From: an uncultured virus (IMG/VR IMGVR_UViG_2061766007_000501)
Taxonomy: Duplodnaviria > Heunggongvirae > Uroviricota > Caudoviricetes
Length of the DNA: 20,000 bases
Reading direction: 5' to 3' (one strand)
Virus record (IMG/VR): IMGVR_UViG_2061766007_000501
Position numbers and translations under genes: made by a program. Shown here piece after piece: positions 1 through 9,080 of this stretch. Under the pieces are notes generated by a model, which was not told where the DNA came from, searched no databases, and worked only from the letters and a program-made list of their open reading frames with translations. Position 1 is the stretch's first letter; each line of letters begins with the position of its first letter.

Positions 1-1
1 T

Positions 2-3000
2 ACCGAGCAGGAAGATGAGGCTGAGACAAAGCCTGCCGTTGAAACAAAGCAGCAGGAGAAGCCAGTTGGTAAAGACCTGACACAAGTAAGGCTGCGTGAA
101 CTCCAAGAAGGTGAGGTGTGCTATGCAGAGCGTAGGTTTACCGAGGATAAGAGTTTTGTATTGACGGGTGGTAATAATAAGATTGAAACAGTGGCAGATG
201 TGGCATACATCTTCCGCTGCCTGCAAGACAAGGCTATTGAGCACGCCTTTATGGTGTTTGTTAAGAACGGAGAACCTACCATTGTGCACGTAGGTATGGG
301 CACTATCAATCAGACAAATGTTGACTTTGCTCCATTAGCAGCCCTTGCCGAAGATATGCAACCTGACGAAATCTACTTTGTGCATAACCATCCAAGTGGT
401 AACTTGCAGCCATCCAAGGCCGACATGTCACTGGTAAGCGGATTTAGGAAAGCTATCAAATCTGACATACCGTTAACCAACCTTATCATCGATACATACA
501 AGCACCAGTATCGTGTGTTTGCCGGTAATTCCTCGTACATTGATGAGGGTGAGGTAAGGAATGACAATGGTGAAAACCGTCAACTTCCATTGTTTGCATT
601 TGATGAGCGTGTATTCCATGATAATTTCCTGCCAAGAAAAATCAGTAGTTCGGCAGATGTATTCATCACTGCATCACTGCTTCGATTGGGCGATAACAAA
701 AAGATTGGATATGTTGTCATGGATCAGGCGGCAACTGTGATGGGTAATCTTTACTTGCCCGTTAGCAATGTTAGGGATATCACAGAAGACATGATGAGAG
801 ACATGATAAAGAACATCATGCTAATGAACGGTACCCAAATAGCATTGCATGGTACGGCCAAGTTTATAAATAGGGAAGTCACGCAGTTTACCAAAGCATT
901 CAATACCTTGTCTAAAGGAGAGGTGAGGGTAACTGATGTGATAGCCATGAATGGAGCCGATGGCGACTACCAAGGTTATTACAGTGCGCATGACAATGAT
1001 GTAATGGAGCCTAATTCTGTTTATGGAACCGTTAATGAGCCTGGAGGAACAATAACCTACAATGAGGTACGTGACGATGGCAATGTGCCGCAAAAAACAG
1101 GGAAAGGCTACAAAGTGTTTGTTTTGAAAGACGGTAAGCTCTATCCTCCAATGGTGGCTAATCCTAATGGTGCAGCTACACCAGTGGGTGTGTGGCTGGA
1201 AGCCCATGCAGCACCTGTGGCTGGCACCAGTAAGACTGGCAGACCACAAGTAAAAGCAGGTGGCAAAGGCACTCAGGGTGGTAGTGGTACGTCGGCGTAT
1301 CGTCCAGGATGGCATTTAGGCGAGATACCATACGCAAAGCAGTTCAACCGTGTAGATGAGAATGGCAATAAAAACCTGTTCCCTGCCAATTTCGTGTGGG
1401 CAGAAGTGGAATATGCCAACGATGTGGACTATCAGGAAGAAGCACGCAAAGAGGGTACCAATGCCAACGGCAAGTATCAGCACTCGTTGGCCGGCCTGAA
1501 GCGTGTGCCTGAGAATGGCAGTTATCGTTATCGTACTAACCCTGACCCAACAACCGATGAATGGATCATAACAGGTGCCATGAAGGTAAACCGCATACTT
1601 ACTCCAAGCGAAGTGGATGAAATGGTAAGGGCTGCAGGACGTGAGCCACAGAAACGTCAGGAAGGTGCAGTTACTGATGAGCAGGTTGGAGAGCTGAATG
1701 AAAATCTGTTTGGTATTCCACAAAGGCGAGCTGGCGAAGATTTGTTTGCCTTTGCTGAGCGTGTGGCAAATGGTTATGACAAGAGACGCAGTGAAGCGGC
1801 TTCCAATGTAGCACGGGATAGTGGTAAAGAGGAAATACCTTTGTCCCATGATGAGGCTGTGGCACAGGCTAAACAGTATGAACAAGAACATAAGGGTGCT
1901 GCTCGTACAATCGTGTTGGATAAGTCAGGTGACATGGTTCAGCAGCTGGTTGATGCAGGTGTCAGCCGTGATGTTGCCCAGGAATGGGTTGATGAAGGTG
2001 ATAGTGATGCGGCATACAACGAATTTCACGATATTGTAATAATATTTAATCCACGTGTTGGAAAAGACACTCTAAATGGCTATCTTTGCCATGAGAATGC
2101 ACATAGATACCTCGACTCTTTGCCAGCAGATGAGCGTGCAAGGTTAGTTGATATGGTATATAGAAGATTGTCTAATGCCAACAAAAAGCTAAAAGAGATA
2201 GCAGATTATGTGCATGAGGCTTATGCTGACAGGAGTGATGAAGAGCAGAAGGAAGAGTTTGTTTGCCACTTCCTGCAACGTGCAGCCATGACTAAGAAGA
2301 TGACGCTCGGAGAGAATGTTGAGTATGTTATCGAGCATTTTGACAAGTATGGCGAGCTAAATATATTACGTGACATTATAACTTTTATTGATAATGGAAG
2401 ACAAGAAGAAACAGGAAACGGACAACTTTCTGGCCGACAGCGGGGACGGATGGAAGATGAAATGCGGACACCCGACTTCGAAAAAGAAAAAAGAAAAAAA
2501 GACATCGTAAGCAACCCATCGGGTGTTAACATCACCATGCGTGACAAAGCTGCTGCCCGTGCTGCATACGAAAAAGAGGTTAGCAGTGCATCATATCAGG
2601 CACGTGAGGCTTTGCAGGATAGTATGCGAGGCCTGCACGCATTGTATAAAGCTGTGCTTGGTAAGGCGTTTACCAAAATTGAAGATGTTCCGGGCTTTGA
2701 GAATGCTTATACGGCAGAGAACCGTTTGAGCAGCGAAAGTTCCGGGCAGCAGGAAGAGTATGGTGTTAAATTCATGGTGCCCCTGCTGGATGCGGTCAGC
2801 AGGCTGACTGGCAATGATAAGGATGGGGAAAATATGAACAAGCTTACCGACTACATGATGGCTAAACACGGGTTGGAGCGAAACCGTGTGTTGGCGGCAC
2901 GTGACGCTAGGCGAGTGAGTGATGACTGGCTTCGTGATGCCTTGCAAAATCTAAACGGCAACCTGAAGCGTGATTTGGCAAACCTAAAAGGCAGGCTGAC

Positions 3001-5710
3001 TCGCAATGAAATCAACCAGGCACAGTTTGACACGATGAAGGTTGCATTGGAAAATAAAGCTGCAAAGGAAAAGGTTGCCTATGAGCAGGAAGCGGAGAGA
3101 ATGCGCCAAGCTGCCGAGGCGGAAAATAGGCAAAGAGATTATGCTGGTCTGACATCCCTGACAGGTGTAGAACCTAATGACGTGGCAGGCGCTGAGGCTG
3201 AGGCAAAGCGGATGGTTGAAGAATACGAGCGTGAGCATAAGCCAGAGGATATCAAAGACCTATGGGATAAAGTACGTGCCGCAACACGCAATACATTGGA
3301 GAAAATCTACAAGAGCGGTTTGTTGAGTAATGATGCGTATCAGAATACACTGAAAATGTTTGAGTATTACATCCCACTACGTGGCTTTGATGAAGAAACA
3401 AGTGATAAGGTGTATGATTACCTCTATGACAATGACGGTCCCCTTAAAGGCAGGATATTACAATCCGCAGGAGGAAGACGCAGTAAGGCAGATAACCCGT
3501 TTGCATATATATCTCAGATGGCTGACAGAGGCATCATGGAGGGTAACCGCAACCGCATGAAGCAAACCTTCTTGAACTTTGTGCTGAACCACCCTACCGA
3601 CCTGGTGAGCGTGAGCGATATGTGGGTTGAGTATAATTCTCTGGCCAATGAAGGAAAAGGTGGATGGGTAGCCATATTTCCTGATATTGACCCAAAAGAC
3701 ACGCCAGAGGAAGTGCAACAGAAAATTGAGGATTTTGAAAAGCGTATGAAGGAACTGCACGACCAGCAGCCTGACAAATACAAGCGTATAAAAGAGGAAC
3801 CCAATATCCCATACCGTGTGCTGAACAACAACCTGCGTGAGCATCAGGTAATAGTGAAGCGAAATGGCGTACCTACTGTGCTTACCATCAATGGCAACCC
3901 ACGTGCGGCACAGGCGTTGAATGGCATGACTAATCCCGATACTCGCCTTAGCAAGCTGATGCAGGCCATCAACGAGTGGTTAACACAAATGTTGCGCTTT
4001 ATGAGCAACGTCTATACCACATTGTCCCCAGATTTTGTGCTCAGTAACTTCCTGCGTGACTTTGGCTATACAGTTATCATGTCTGGCATGAAGGAGAATG
4101 CTAACTACTTGAAAGCATTTGAAAAGAACAGGCTCCGCTTTAACCCCATCACCATGCACAGGCTGTTTAAGAAGTTCCAAAATGGCACATTGGATGAAAA
4201 CGATCCGATAGAAAAGATGTTCCATCAGTTTATGGTTAACGGTGGTGAGACTGGCTACACCAACGTTCTGGATATTCAGGGACACAAGAAGAAGATAGAG
4301 AATATATTGCGTAGAAATAATGGCAATACAGCCAAAAAAGCCTGGGATTTGCTGGCAGAGAATTATGACCTGCTGAACAGGAGCGTGGAAAATGTGGCTC
4401 GCTTCGCTGCGTTTGTGACAAGTAGGGAAATGGGTGGAAGTGTTGAAAGGAGCATTTGGGATGCCAAGGAGATATCGGTCAACTTCAACAAGAAGGGCAG
4501 TGCCGACAGGTTCTTTAACAGCACAAGTACCACATGGCAGGGTAACGTCGCCGGCGGCATAGGTGCAATAGGCAGGCTCACACAGGTATTCTTCAATGCT
4601 GCCGTGCAGGCACTCACTAATTTCTTAAGGGCATACAGTTATAACCCAAAGAAAATGACGGGAGCCATAAGCGGTATTGCTCTTGTTGGCCTGCTGCAGC
4701 CAATCTTAGCAGAACTGCTCAGTGGCAATGATGACGACGACGGAGATTACTATGACCTGCCTGAATATTTAAGACGTACCCATCTCTGTTTCCGTATTCC
4801 TGGCACAAAGAACTGGGTAACCATACCGATGACGCAGGAGCTGCGTGCCATCTTCGGATTTGGTGAAATGGTATCAGGTATCATCACTGGCAAGGAGCCG
4901 CAGAATCCTGCAGATTTTACGATGAAAACCATTGAACTGGTCAGCCAGTCACTTCCTGTTGACATGTTTGAAGGTGCCGGAGGACTTAGTAAGTTTGTAC
5001 CCTCACAGGTACAGCCAGCCTATGAGATATGGGTGAACAAGGATTGGACAGGACTACCAATCTACCGTCAAGATGTTTATCCTGGTGACGAGAACAAGCC
5101 TGAATGGACAATGGTATATAAGAGTACGGACAAGCATCTTGTCGAGGCCTCCAGATTACTGAGCCACCTTTCAGGGGGTAAGGGAGAATACAAGCGAGGC
5201 TTTATCGAGATAAACCCTGCATGGGTGGAGCATTTGGGCGAAGGCTATCTTGGCGGTATATGGAATACTTTCATAAAAAACAAGAAAACCATTGAAACTA
5301 TCTTTGGACAAAGGGAGTTTGAGCCGAGAAATATGATGCTTTTGAACCGTGTGCTGTATCGCAGTGATGAACGTTCACAGGGTAGAAAGACACAGGAACT
5401 GTTCTATAAATACAAGGAAGAAGCCGAAAAGACGAAAGCAGAGGTGAAAGGATACCAGAAGGAACTGGAAAAGAATGGGGACGTATTCGATGAGGCTGCA
5501 ATGATTGACTACCTGAATTTCTCTGATGAGTATGGTCGCTATCAGATTTACGAAAAGTACCGTCCTGAGATAAATGCAGCCAAGAGGGGAAAGAAAGTTG
5601 CCATCAATGAAGAGGACAAGGTGAACGAAGAGTTCTATGAAAATGAGGAAAAACGCCTCATGAAAGAGATGGTTGACGAGATGGAACAGTTCAACAAGGA
5701 ACGCAAATAG
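2..5710 (+). CDS. Large polyvalent protein (5'-truncated): JAB/RadC-like domain, degenerate second JAB, YRPGWH domain, zincin-like metallopeptidase, coiled coil, LPD38-like C-terminus
   Basis: Frame is open from position 2 (TEQEDEAE...VRLRELQEGEVCYAERRF), so the true start lies upstream. JAB motif E..HNHPSGNLQPSKAD (HNHPSG at 383-400). HENAH at 2090-2104 with downstream EEFVCH. C-terminal DYYDLPEYLRRTHLCFRIPG..WVTIPMTQELR resembles LPD38. Confidence 0.85.
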   Translation, partial: TEQEDEAETKPAVETKQQEKPVGKDLTQVRLRELQEGEVCYAERRFTEDKSFVLTGGNNKIETVADVAYIFRCLQDKAIEHAFMVFVKNGEPTIVHVGMGTINQTNVDFAPLAALAEDMQPDEIYFVHNHPSGNLQPSKADMSLVSGFRKAIKSDIPLTNLIIDTYKHQYRVFAGNSSYIDEGEVRNDNGENRQLPLFAFDERVFHDNFLPRKISSSADVFITASLLRLGDNKKIGYVVMDQAATVMGNLYLPVSNVRDITEDMMRDMIKNIMLMNGTQIALHGTAKFINREVTQFTKAFNTLSKGEVRVTDVIAMNGADGDYQGYYSAHDNDVMEPNSVYGTVNEPGGTITYNEVRDDGNVPQKTGKGYKVFVLKDGKLYPPMVANPNGAATPVGVWLEAHAAPVAGTSKTGRPQVKAGGKGTQGGSGTSAYRPGWHLGEIPYAKQFNRVDENGNKNLFPANFVWAEVEYANDVDYQEEARKEGTNANGKYQHSLAGLKRVPENGSYRYRTNPDPTTDEWIITGAMKVNRILTPSEVDEMVRAAGREPQKRQEGAVTDEQVGELNENLFGIPQRRAGEDLFAFAERVANGYDKRRSEAASNVARDSGKEEIPLSHDEAVAQAKQYEQEHKGAARTIVLDKSGDMVQQLVDAGVSRDVAQEWVDEGDSDAAYNEFHDIVIIFNPRVGKDTLNGYLCHENAHRYLDSLPADERARLVDMVYRRLSNANKKLKEIADYVHEAYADRSDEEQKEEFVCHFLQRAAMTKKMTLGENVEYVIEHFDKYGELNILRDIITFIDNGRQEETGNGQLSGRQRGRMEDEMRTPDFEKEKRKKDIVSNPSGVNITMRDKAAARAAYEKEVSSASYQAREALQDSMRGLHALYKAVLGKAFTKIEDVPGFENAYTAENRLSSESSGQQEEYGVKFMVPLLDAVSRLTGNDKDGENMNKLTDYMMAKHGLERNRVLAARDARRVSDDWLRDALQNLNGNLKRDLANLKGRLTRNEINQAQFDTMKVALENKAAKEKVAYEQEAERMRQAAEAENRQRDYAGLTSLTGVEPNDVAGAEAEAKRMVEEYEREHKPEDIKDLWDKVRAATRNTLEKIYKSGLLSNDAYQNTLKMFEYYIPLRGFDEETSDKVYDYLYDNDGPLKGRILQSAGGRRSKADNPFAYISQMADRGIMEGNRNRMKQTFLNFVLNHPTDLVSVSDMWVEYNSLANEGKGGWVAIFPDIDPKDTPEEVQQKIEDFEKRMKELHDQQPDKYKRIKEEPNIPYRVLNNNLREHQVIVKRNGVPTVLTINGNPRAAQALNGMTNPDTRLSKLMQAINEWLTQMLRFMSNVYTTLSPDFVLSNFLRDFGYTVIMSGMKENANYLKAFEKNRLRFNPITMHRLFKKFQNGTLDENDPIEKMFHQFMVNGGETGYTNVLDIQGHKKKIENILRRNNGNTAKKAWDLLAENYDLLNRSVENVARFAAFVTSREMGGSVERSIWDAKEISVNFNKKGSADRFFNSTSTTWQGNVAGGIGAIGRLTQVFFNAAVQALTNFLRAYSYNPKKMTGAISGIALVGLLQPILAELLSGNDDDDGDYYDLPEYLRRTHLCFRIPGTKNWVTIPMTQELRAIFGFGEMVSGIITGKEPQNPADFTMKTIELVSQSLPVDMFEGAGGLSKFVPSQVQPAYEIWVNKDWTGLPIYRQDVYPGDENKPEWTMVYKSTDKHLVEASRLLSHLSGGKGEYKRGFIEINPAWVEHLGEGYLGGIWNTFIKNKKTIETIFGQREFEPRNMMLLNRVLYRSDERSQGRKTQELFYKYKEEAEKTKAEVKGYQKELEKNGDVFDEAAMIDYLNFSDEYGRYQIYEKYRPEINAAKRGKKVAINEEDKVNEEFYENEEKRLMKEMVDEMEQFNKERK

Positions 5711-5740
5711 TTAAAATAAGTTCTAGCCATGATTAGTTTT

Positions 5741-5784
5741 CGTGCAGGGGTTGTGTCGTGATTTGGCGCAGCCCCTGATTTATT
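5741..5784 (+). terminator. Probable intrinsic terminator / stem-loop after the polyvalent gene (copy 1)
   Basis: caggggttgtgtc / ggcgcagcccctg stem with G-U pairs on the + strand, followed by atttatt. Confidence 0.65.
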
Positions 5785-5882
5785 GCCATCAGACATCCGC
5801 TTCAATAGTTAAATAAATATAAAGCAGGGTATAGGCAAGGTGCGTGCCTATTTTGGGCTCTGAAAATAAATCGTGAAAACTC

Positions 5883-5912
5883 TTGTAAGTGAAATATTTT
5901 TCCGTACCTTTG
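5883..5912 (+). promoter_or_regulatory. Bacteroidetes sigma-A type promoter for the HU-like gene
   Basis: TACCTTTG (-7 box) at 5905-5912 with TTGT upstream at 5883. Confidence 0.6.
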
Positions 5913-5984
5913 CCGTGCTTTGCAAAGCTACACGTGTATAGAGAGAGACAACAGATTGTTTAACTAATTCAAAATTTGAGAGAG

Positions 5985-6527
5985 ATGAGTTTGATGTTTA
6001 AGAAAGTGAGCTCGACACTGAAATTCGACAAGCAGAACCCCAAGACAGTGTTCCGACTGCAGACGGTGCGCCAGTCGAAGGTGACGAGCGAGCAGCTAAT
6101 TAATGACGTTCACCGTGCATCTGGCGTAAACAAGGCGCAGACGCAGGCGGTGATTGAGGGTCTGATGGACAGCCTCTGCCATTTCATGGACTTGGGTCAC
6201 ACGGTGCAGATGGGTGGCTTTGGCACATTCCGGCCATACTTCCGAACCAAGGCACAGGACAGCCTTGACAAGGTGGGTGCAGACAATGTGGTGAGCTGCA
6301 AAATACAGTTCTATCCTGGCAGGCAACTGAGGACGGTGATGAAGAACATTTTGCTGGAGGACAGTGAGCCTGGTCCCGACAATGACGAGATGATAGCAGT
6401 GGCTACCGCAAGCGGTGTAATTCCCGTCAGTGGTAACCAGCCTTCAGGAGGTGGCAGCACACCTGGTGGCGGTGGCAACACAGGTGGTGATGGCGGCGGA
6501 AACGGTGACGACGACCTGGACATCTGA
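5985..6527 (+). CDS. Bacteroidetes HU/IHF-like DNA-binding protein with Gly-rich acidic tail
   Basis: SGVNKAQTQAVIEGLMDSLCHFMDLGHTVQMGGFGTFRP is an HU-fold signature. KIQFYPG and the GGGSTPGGGGNTGGDGGGNGDDDLDI tail are typical of the Bacteroidales subfamily. ATG at 5985 preferred over TTG at 5976. Confidence 0.85.
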   Translation: MSLMFKKVSSTLKFDKQNPKTVFRLQTVRQSKVTSEQLINDVHRASGVNKAQTQAVIEGLMDSLCHFMDLGHTVQMGGFGTFRPYFRTKAQDSLDKVGADNVVSCKIQFYPGRQLRTVMKNILLEDSEPGPDNDEMIAVATASGVIPVSGNQPSGGGSTPGGGGNTGGDGGGNGDDDLDI

Positions 6528-6554
6528 AAGCCTTGATGAGGCTGTGTGATAGGC

Positions 6555-6596
6555 GAGGGGGCTGTACCTTTTTGGTACAACCCCCTTCTCCTTTCA
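6555..6596 (+). terminator. Stem-loop, probable terminator of the HU-like gene
   Basis: agggggctgtacc-loop-ggtacaaccccct followed by a pyrimidine tract. Confidence 0.55.
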
Positions 6597-6730
6597 GCAC
6601 ACCGCTTGCCTCGTGTGAGTCATGCAGCGTGAGTGCAGGGAGGTGCGCCCGATGCCTCACTATACTTGTCGGGCATGATGTCTGATGCCTCCCTGCCTCT
6701 GCATTTGGTGAGACTCTATCTTATGCTATT

Positions 6731-7597
6731 TTACGTTATTGCATAATCTGCACTGGTTATCGCCTTGATGGCCTTGCGTGGGTTCCACTGGTTTTCCATC
6801 AGAGCAACGATGAAACGTTTCCCCTTCTCTCTCCAAACCGTATATTGGTTGGTGTTTATGGAGCCATCGCTACGGGTGAAGGTCTGCGTCCTGACGGAGT
6901 GCAGTCCCCAGCTCGTGTATGGCGAACGGAGCATCCACATACCGCTCTGACGGTAGATGATGCCTGCATCCTTTAACTTCTGGGTAAGCATGTGCACCTC
7001 CAGTCCTACCGACTTGGCGATCTGTGTAGTGGTCATGGTGTTCTGGCTCTGCATGGTCATGTCGTAGTAGTTCACCTTGGGAGCCTGCTTCTTCAGCTCC
7101 TCATCCTGCAGCTCTATCACGGCATCCTTCTGCTCTATGGCCACCTGCTGACTCATGTTGTCAGCCTCCAGGCTCCTGATGCGTTCCTGCTGCCTTTCGA
7201 TGGTCTTCTGTCCAATCTGCAGGGCACGTGCCATGATTTCCTCATCGGTCATCTGCCCGGTAGTGGCAATATAGCCGCCAGTCTTGCGGATGGAGGGAAG
7301 AACTTCTGATGTCACCCACTTGCGGAAAGGCTTGGCTTGCTCGCTGTCAGAACGGATGATTACGTCATATAGTCCACTTTCGGTGACAAATATCACTTGT
7401 TGTGTGCGTCCAAGGCTGTCGATGGTGTCCACCAGATGGACATCATCTTCCTCCAGTCTGTTTTTCACGTTTCTGGCGTTGGTTATCCCGACAGCCTTAC
7501 ATACATCACTAAGGCAGAACATGGGATTTTCTGCCGTTCCTGCAGTCCTAATCTCTCCAAACTGCTCACTTTTGAAAATCTGAATCGTATTATTCAT
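6731..7597 (-). CDS. Phage antirepressor (BRO-N + ANT/KilAC C-terminal domain)
   Basis: FGEIRT..NPMFCLSDVCKAVGI..FVTESGLYDVIIRSDSEQAKPFRKWVTSEVLPSIRKTGGY (BRO-N). QAPKVNYYD..MTTTQIAK..TVWREKGKRFI (ANT C-terminus). Confidence 0.95.
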   Translation of the reverse strand: MNNTIQIFKSEQFGEIRTAGTAENPMFCLSDVCKAVGITNARNVKNRLEEDDVHLVDTIDSLGRTQQVIFVTESGLYDVIIRSDSEQAKPFRKWVTSEVLPSIRKTGGYIATTGQMTDEEIMARALQIGQKTIERQQERIRSLEADNMSQQVAIEQKDAVIELQDEELKKQAPKVNYYDMTMQSQNTMTTTQIAKSVGLEVHMLTQKLKDAGIIYRQSGMWMLRSPYTSWGLHSVRTQTFTRSDGSINTNQYTVWREKGKRFIVALMENQWNPRKAIKAITSADYAIT

Positions 7598-7626
7598 ATA
7601 ACACTATAAAATTTGATGGTTCATAA

Positions 7627-7923
7627 TTATACTGCCACATCCTCCCTGGATTCCACAAACCTCCAAAGATACTCGATGAACACAGGAAGCATCCCGATAT
7701 TATCGGCAACACCCTTGGCATCGATGCCGGACTTAGACCAACCTGCCTGAATAGCATAGTCGATAACAAGATTGGTGATTTCTTTAAGAAAATCCTCTGG
7801 GGTGGTGTAAGCCTCAAAGAACTCCAATAACAGAGATGCATTGTACGTGGATTTCGCTCCACAGGGCGTGATCAGGACACTACTGTTCTTCGTACCCATC
7901 TCAATTTCATTACTCATTGCCAT
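7627..7923 (-). CDS. Small hypothetical protein co-transcribed upstream of the antirepressor
   Basis: 98-aa ORF with an AT-rich leader, ending 29 nt before the antirepressor start. Confidence 0.7.
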   Translation of the reverse strand: MAMSNEIEMGTKNSSVLITPCGAKSTYNASLLLEFFEAYTTPEDFLKEITNLVIDYAIQAGWSKSGIDAKGVADNIGMLPVFIEYLWRFVESREDVAV

Positions 7924-7954
7924 TTCACTAATGAAATTAAGTTAAACATTAAGT

Positions 7955-8155
7955 ATATAAAAAGATGCCGCCAGAGCATCCACTTCGCGGCAACGAGTAC
8001 TCAGGGTTAAAAACGCAAGAGCAGTGAAGGATGTCTGGCGGCAAGTATTCTGCATACTATGCCACACTAAGGCACAAAAAAATATGCCTTGCAGATTTAC
8101 TTAACCCTCGATGTCTGATACAAAGACGAATCGTTAGCCTCGTTGCCATTGAAGC
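7955..8155 (-). ncRNA. Structured 5' leader / C4-like antisense RNA of the antirepressor operon
   Basis: Stem tgccgccaga..catcc (7966-7981) / ggatgtctggcggca (8029-8043). Its loop (7989-8010) is complementary to boxes at 8139-8147, 8101-8108 and 7911-7921. Extra hairpin at 8069-8090. Confidence 0.6.
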
Positions 8156-8161
8156 TTTGTG

Positions 8162-8169
8162 CAAAGATA
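8162..8169 (-). promoter_or_regulatory. -7 promoter box for the antirepressor operon
   Basis: TATCTTTG on the minus strand in AT-rich context. Confidence 0.65.
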
Positions 8170-8239
8170 AAAAGTAATTAACTAATATGCAAGAAAAACG
8201 CAAAAAATTATCAAGAAAAATTGGATACCTATTATATAA

Positions 8240-8701
8240 TTAGATTTTGTTCAGGTGCCAATTAGTCTTACTCTTGAACCAAACGGCGTATTTCTTTTGC
8301 TCATATCTTGTAAAAATCCATGCTATGCCAAAAATACCTACTGGCCATAAAACAAAAGCTATCCAACTATCAAGAATAATAAGAATTACAATACATAAAA
8401 TTGACCAAAGTGTGGAAGCTGCCTTTATATAAATCTTGTTTTTATGCTGGACGCGTAGAAACTCATTGAGTTTTTCATATCCTCCATTATCAGCAAGTTC
8501 CTTTCCCCGAGGTTCAACATACCAAACCTTGCCTTCTTTTGTCCATTTGCTATCGATAAACCTATCATAAGCCAATACATCAAGTGCGTCCCTATCATGC
8601 CAATCAACATCAGTATCTCTAGTTACGCCATTCTTGATCATTTGTTTTAGCAGCCTATCAGCTTCAAACTCTACATATAAATATTCGAACCTGTTTTTCA
8701 T
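8240..8701 (-). CDS. AT-rich moron-like membrane protein with two C-terminal TM segments
   Basis: 153 aa; hydrophobic TLWSILCIVILIILDSWIAFVLWPVGIFGIAWIF; lower GC than flanks; own TATCTTTG box at 8740-8747. Confidence 0.75.
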   Translation of the reverse strand: MKNRFEYLYVEFEADRLLKQMIKNGVTRDTDVDWHDRDALDVLAYDRFIDSKWTKEGKVWYVEPRGKELADNGGYEKLNEFLRVQHKNKIYIKAASTLWSILCIVILIILDSWIAFVLWPVGIFGIAWIFTRYEQKKYAVWFKSKTNWHLNKI

Positions 8702-8739
8702 GATACATAACTTTAATATGTTTTACATAAACATGCTGG

Positions 8740-8747
8740 CAAAGATA
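8740..8747 (-). promoter_or_regulatory. -7 promoter box for the membrane-protein gene
   Basis: TATCTTTG on the minus strand, 39 nt upstream of the ATG. Confidence 0.55.
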
Positions 8748-8790
8748 TACTAAATACTCAGAATAAACAAGAGCTTCCTGTGTATAATTC

Positions 8791-8836
8791 CGTGCAGGGG
8801 TTGTGTCAGGATATGGCGCAGCTCCTGCTTTTTTTT
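8791..8836 (+). terminator. Intrinsic terminator (copy 2 of the 5741 hairpin)
   Basis: gcaggggttgtgtca / tggcgcagctcctgc stem followed by T8. Confidence 0.75.
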
Positions 8837-8880
8837 GTTAACGGATAAAGCGATGAGGCTGTAAGGAGCAACTAACTTTG
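8837..8880 (+). promoter_or_regulatory. Putative phage promoter GTTAAyGGATAA-N24-TAnCTTT
   Basis: gttaacggataa (8837-8848), 24 nt, taactttg (8873-8880). Same architecture on the minus strand at 13690-13733. Confidence 0.55.
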
Positions 8881-8941
8881 TCGTGGTGATATCCTGTATG
8901 TGTTTCGCAGGGTATTGCTGCAATAATCCTGGGAATGGGGT

Positions 8942-9080
8942 AAAAAAGAGAGCCCCTGGCCAGTCGATTAAAAATGTCTCACTAAATTTAAACGAATATC
9001 CTTGGTAGGAAAAGATGGCCAGGGGCTCAGTAAGCCGCTACTTTTCCTGTCAAGGGTAATTGTTTTATTAGTGAGACACT
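8942..9080. ncRNA. Structured RNA: long hairpin plus a crossing 13-bp helix (pseudoknot or alternative fold)
   Basis: tgtctcactaa 8975-8985 / ttagtgagaca 9068-9078; ccttggtaggaaaag 9000-9014 / cttttcctgtcaagg 9041-9055; gagcccctggcca 8950-8962 / tggccaggggctc 9016-9028. Minus-strand TATCTTTG at 9082-9089 and an A-tract at 8942-8947. Confidence 0.6.

Noticed and set aside
121..5501. Numerous short ORFs antisense to or overlapping the polyvalent gene
   Set aside because: They are shadows of a long coding frame, with no motifs or independent signals.
7590..7862. Alternative-frame 90-aa ORF upstream of the antirepressor
   Set aside because: It overlaps 7627..7923, which has an ATG start with an AT-rich leader and the antisense target box.
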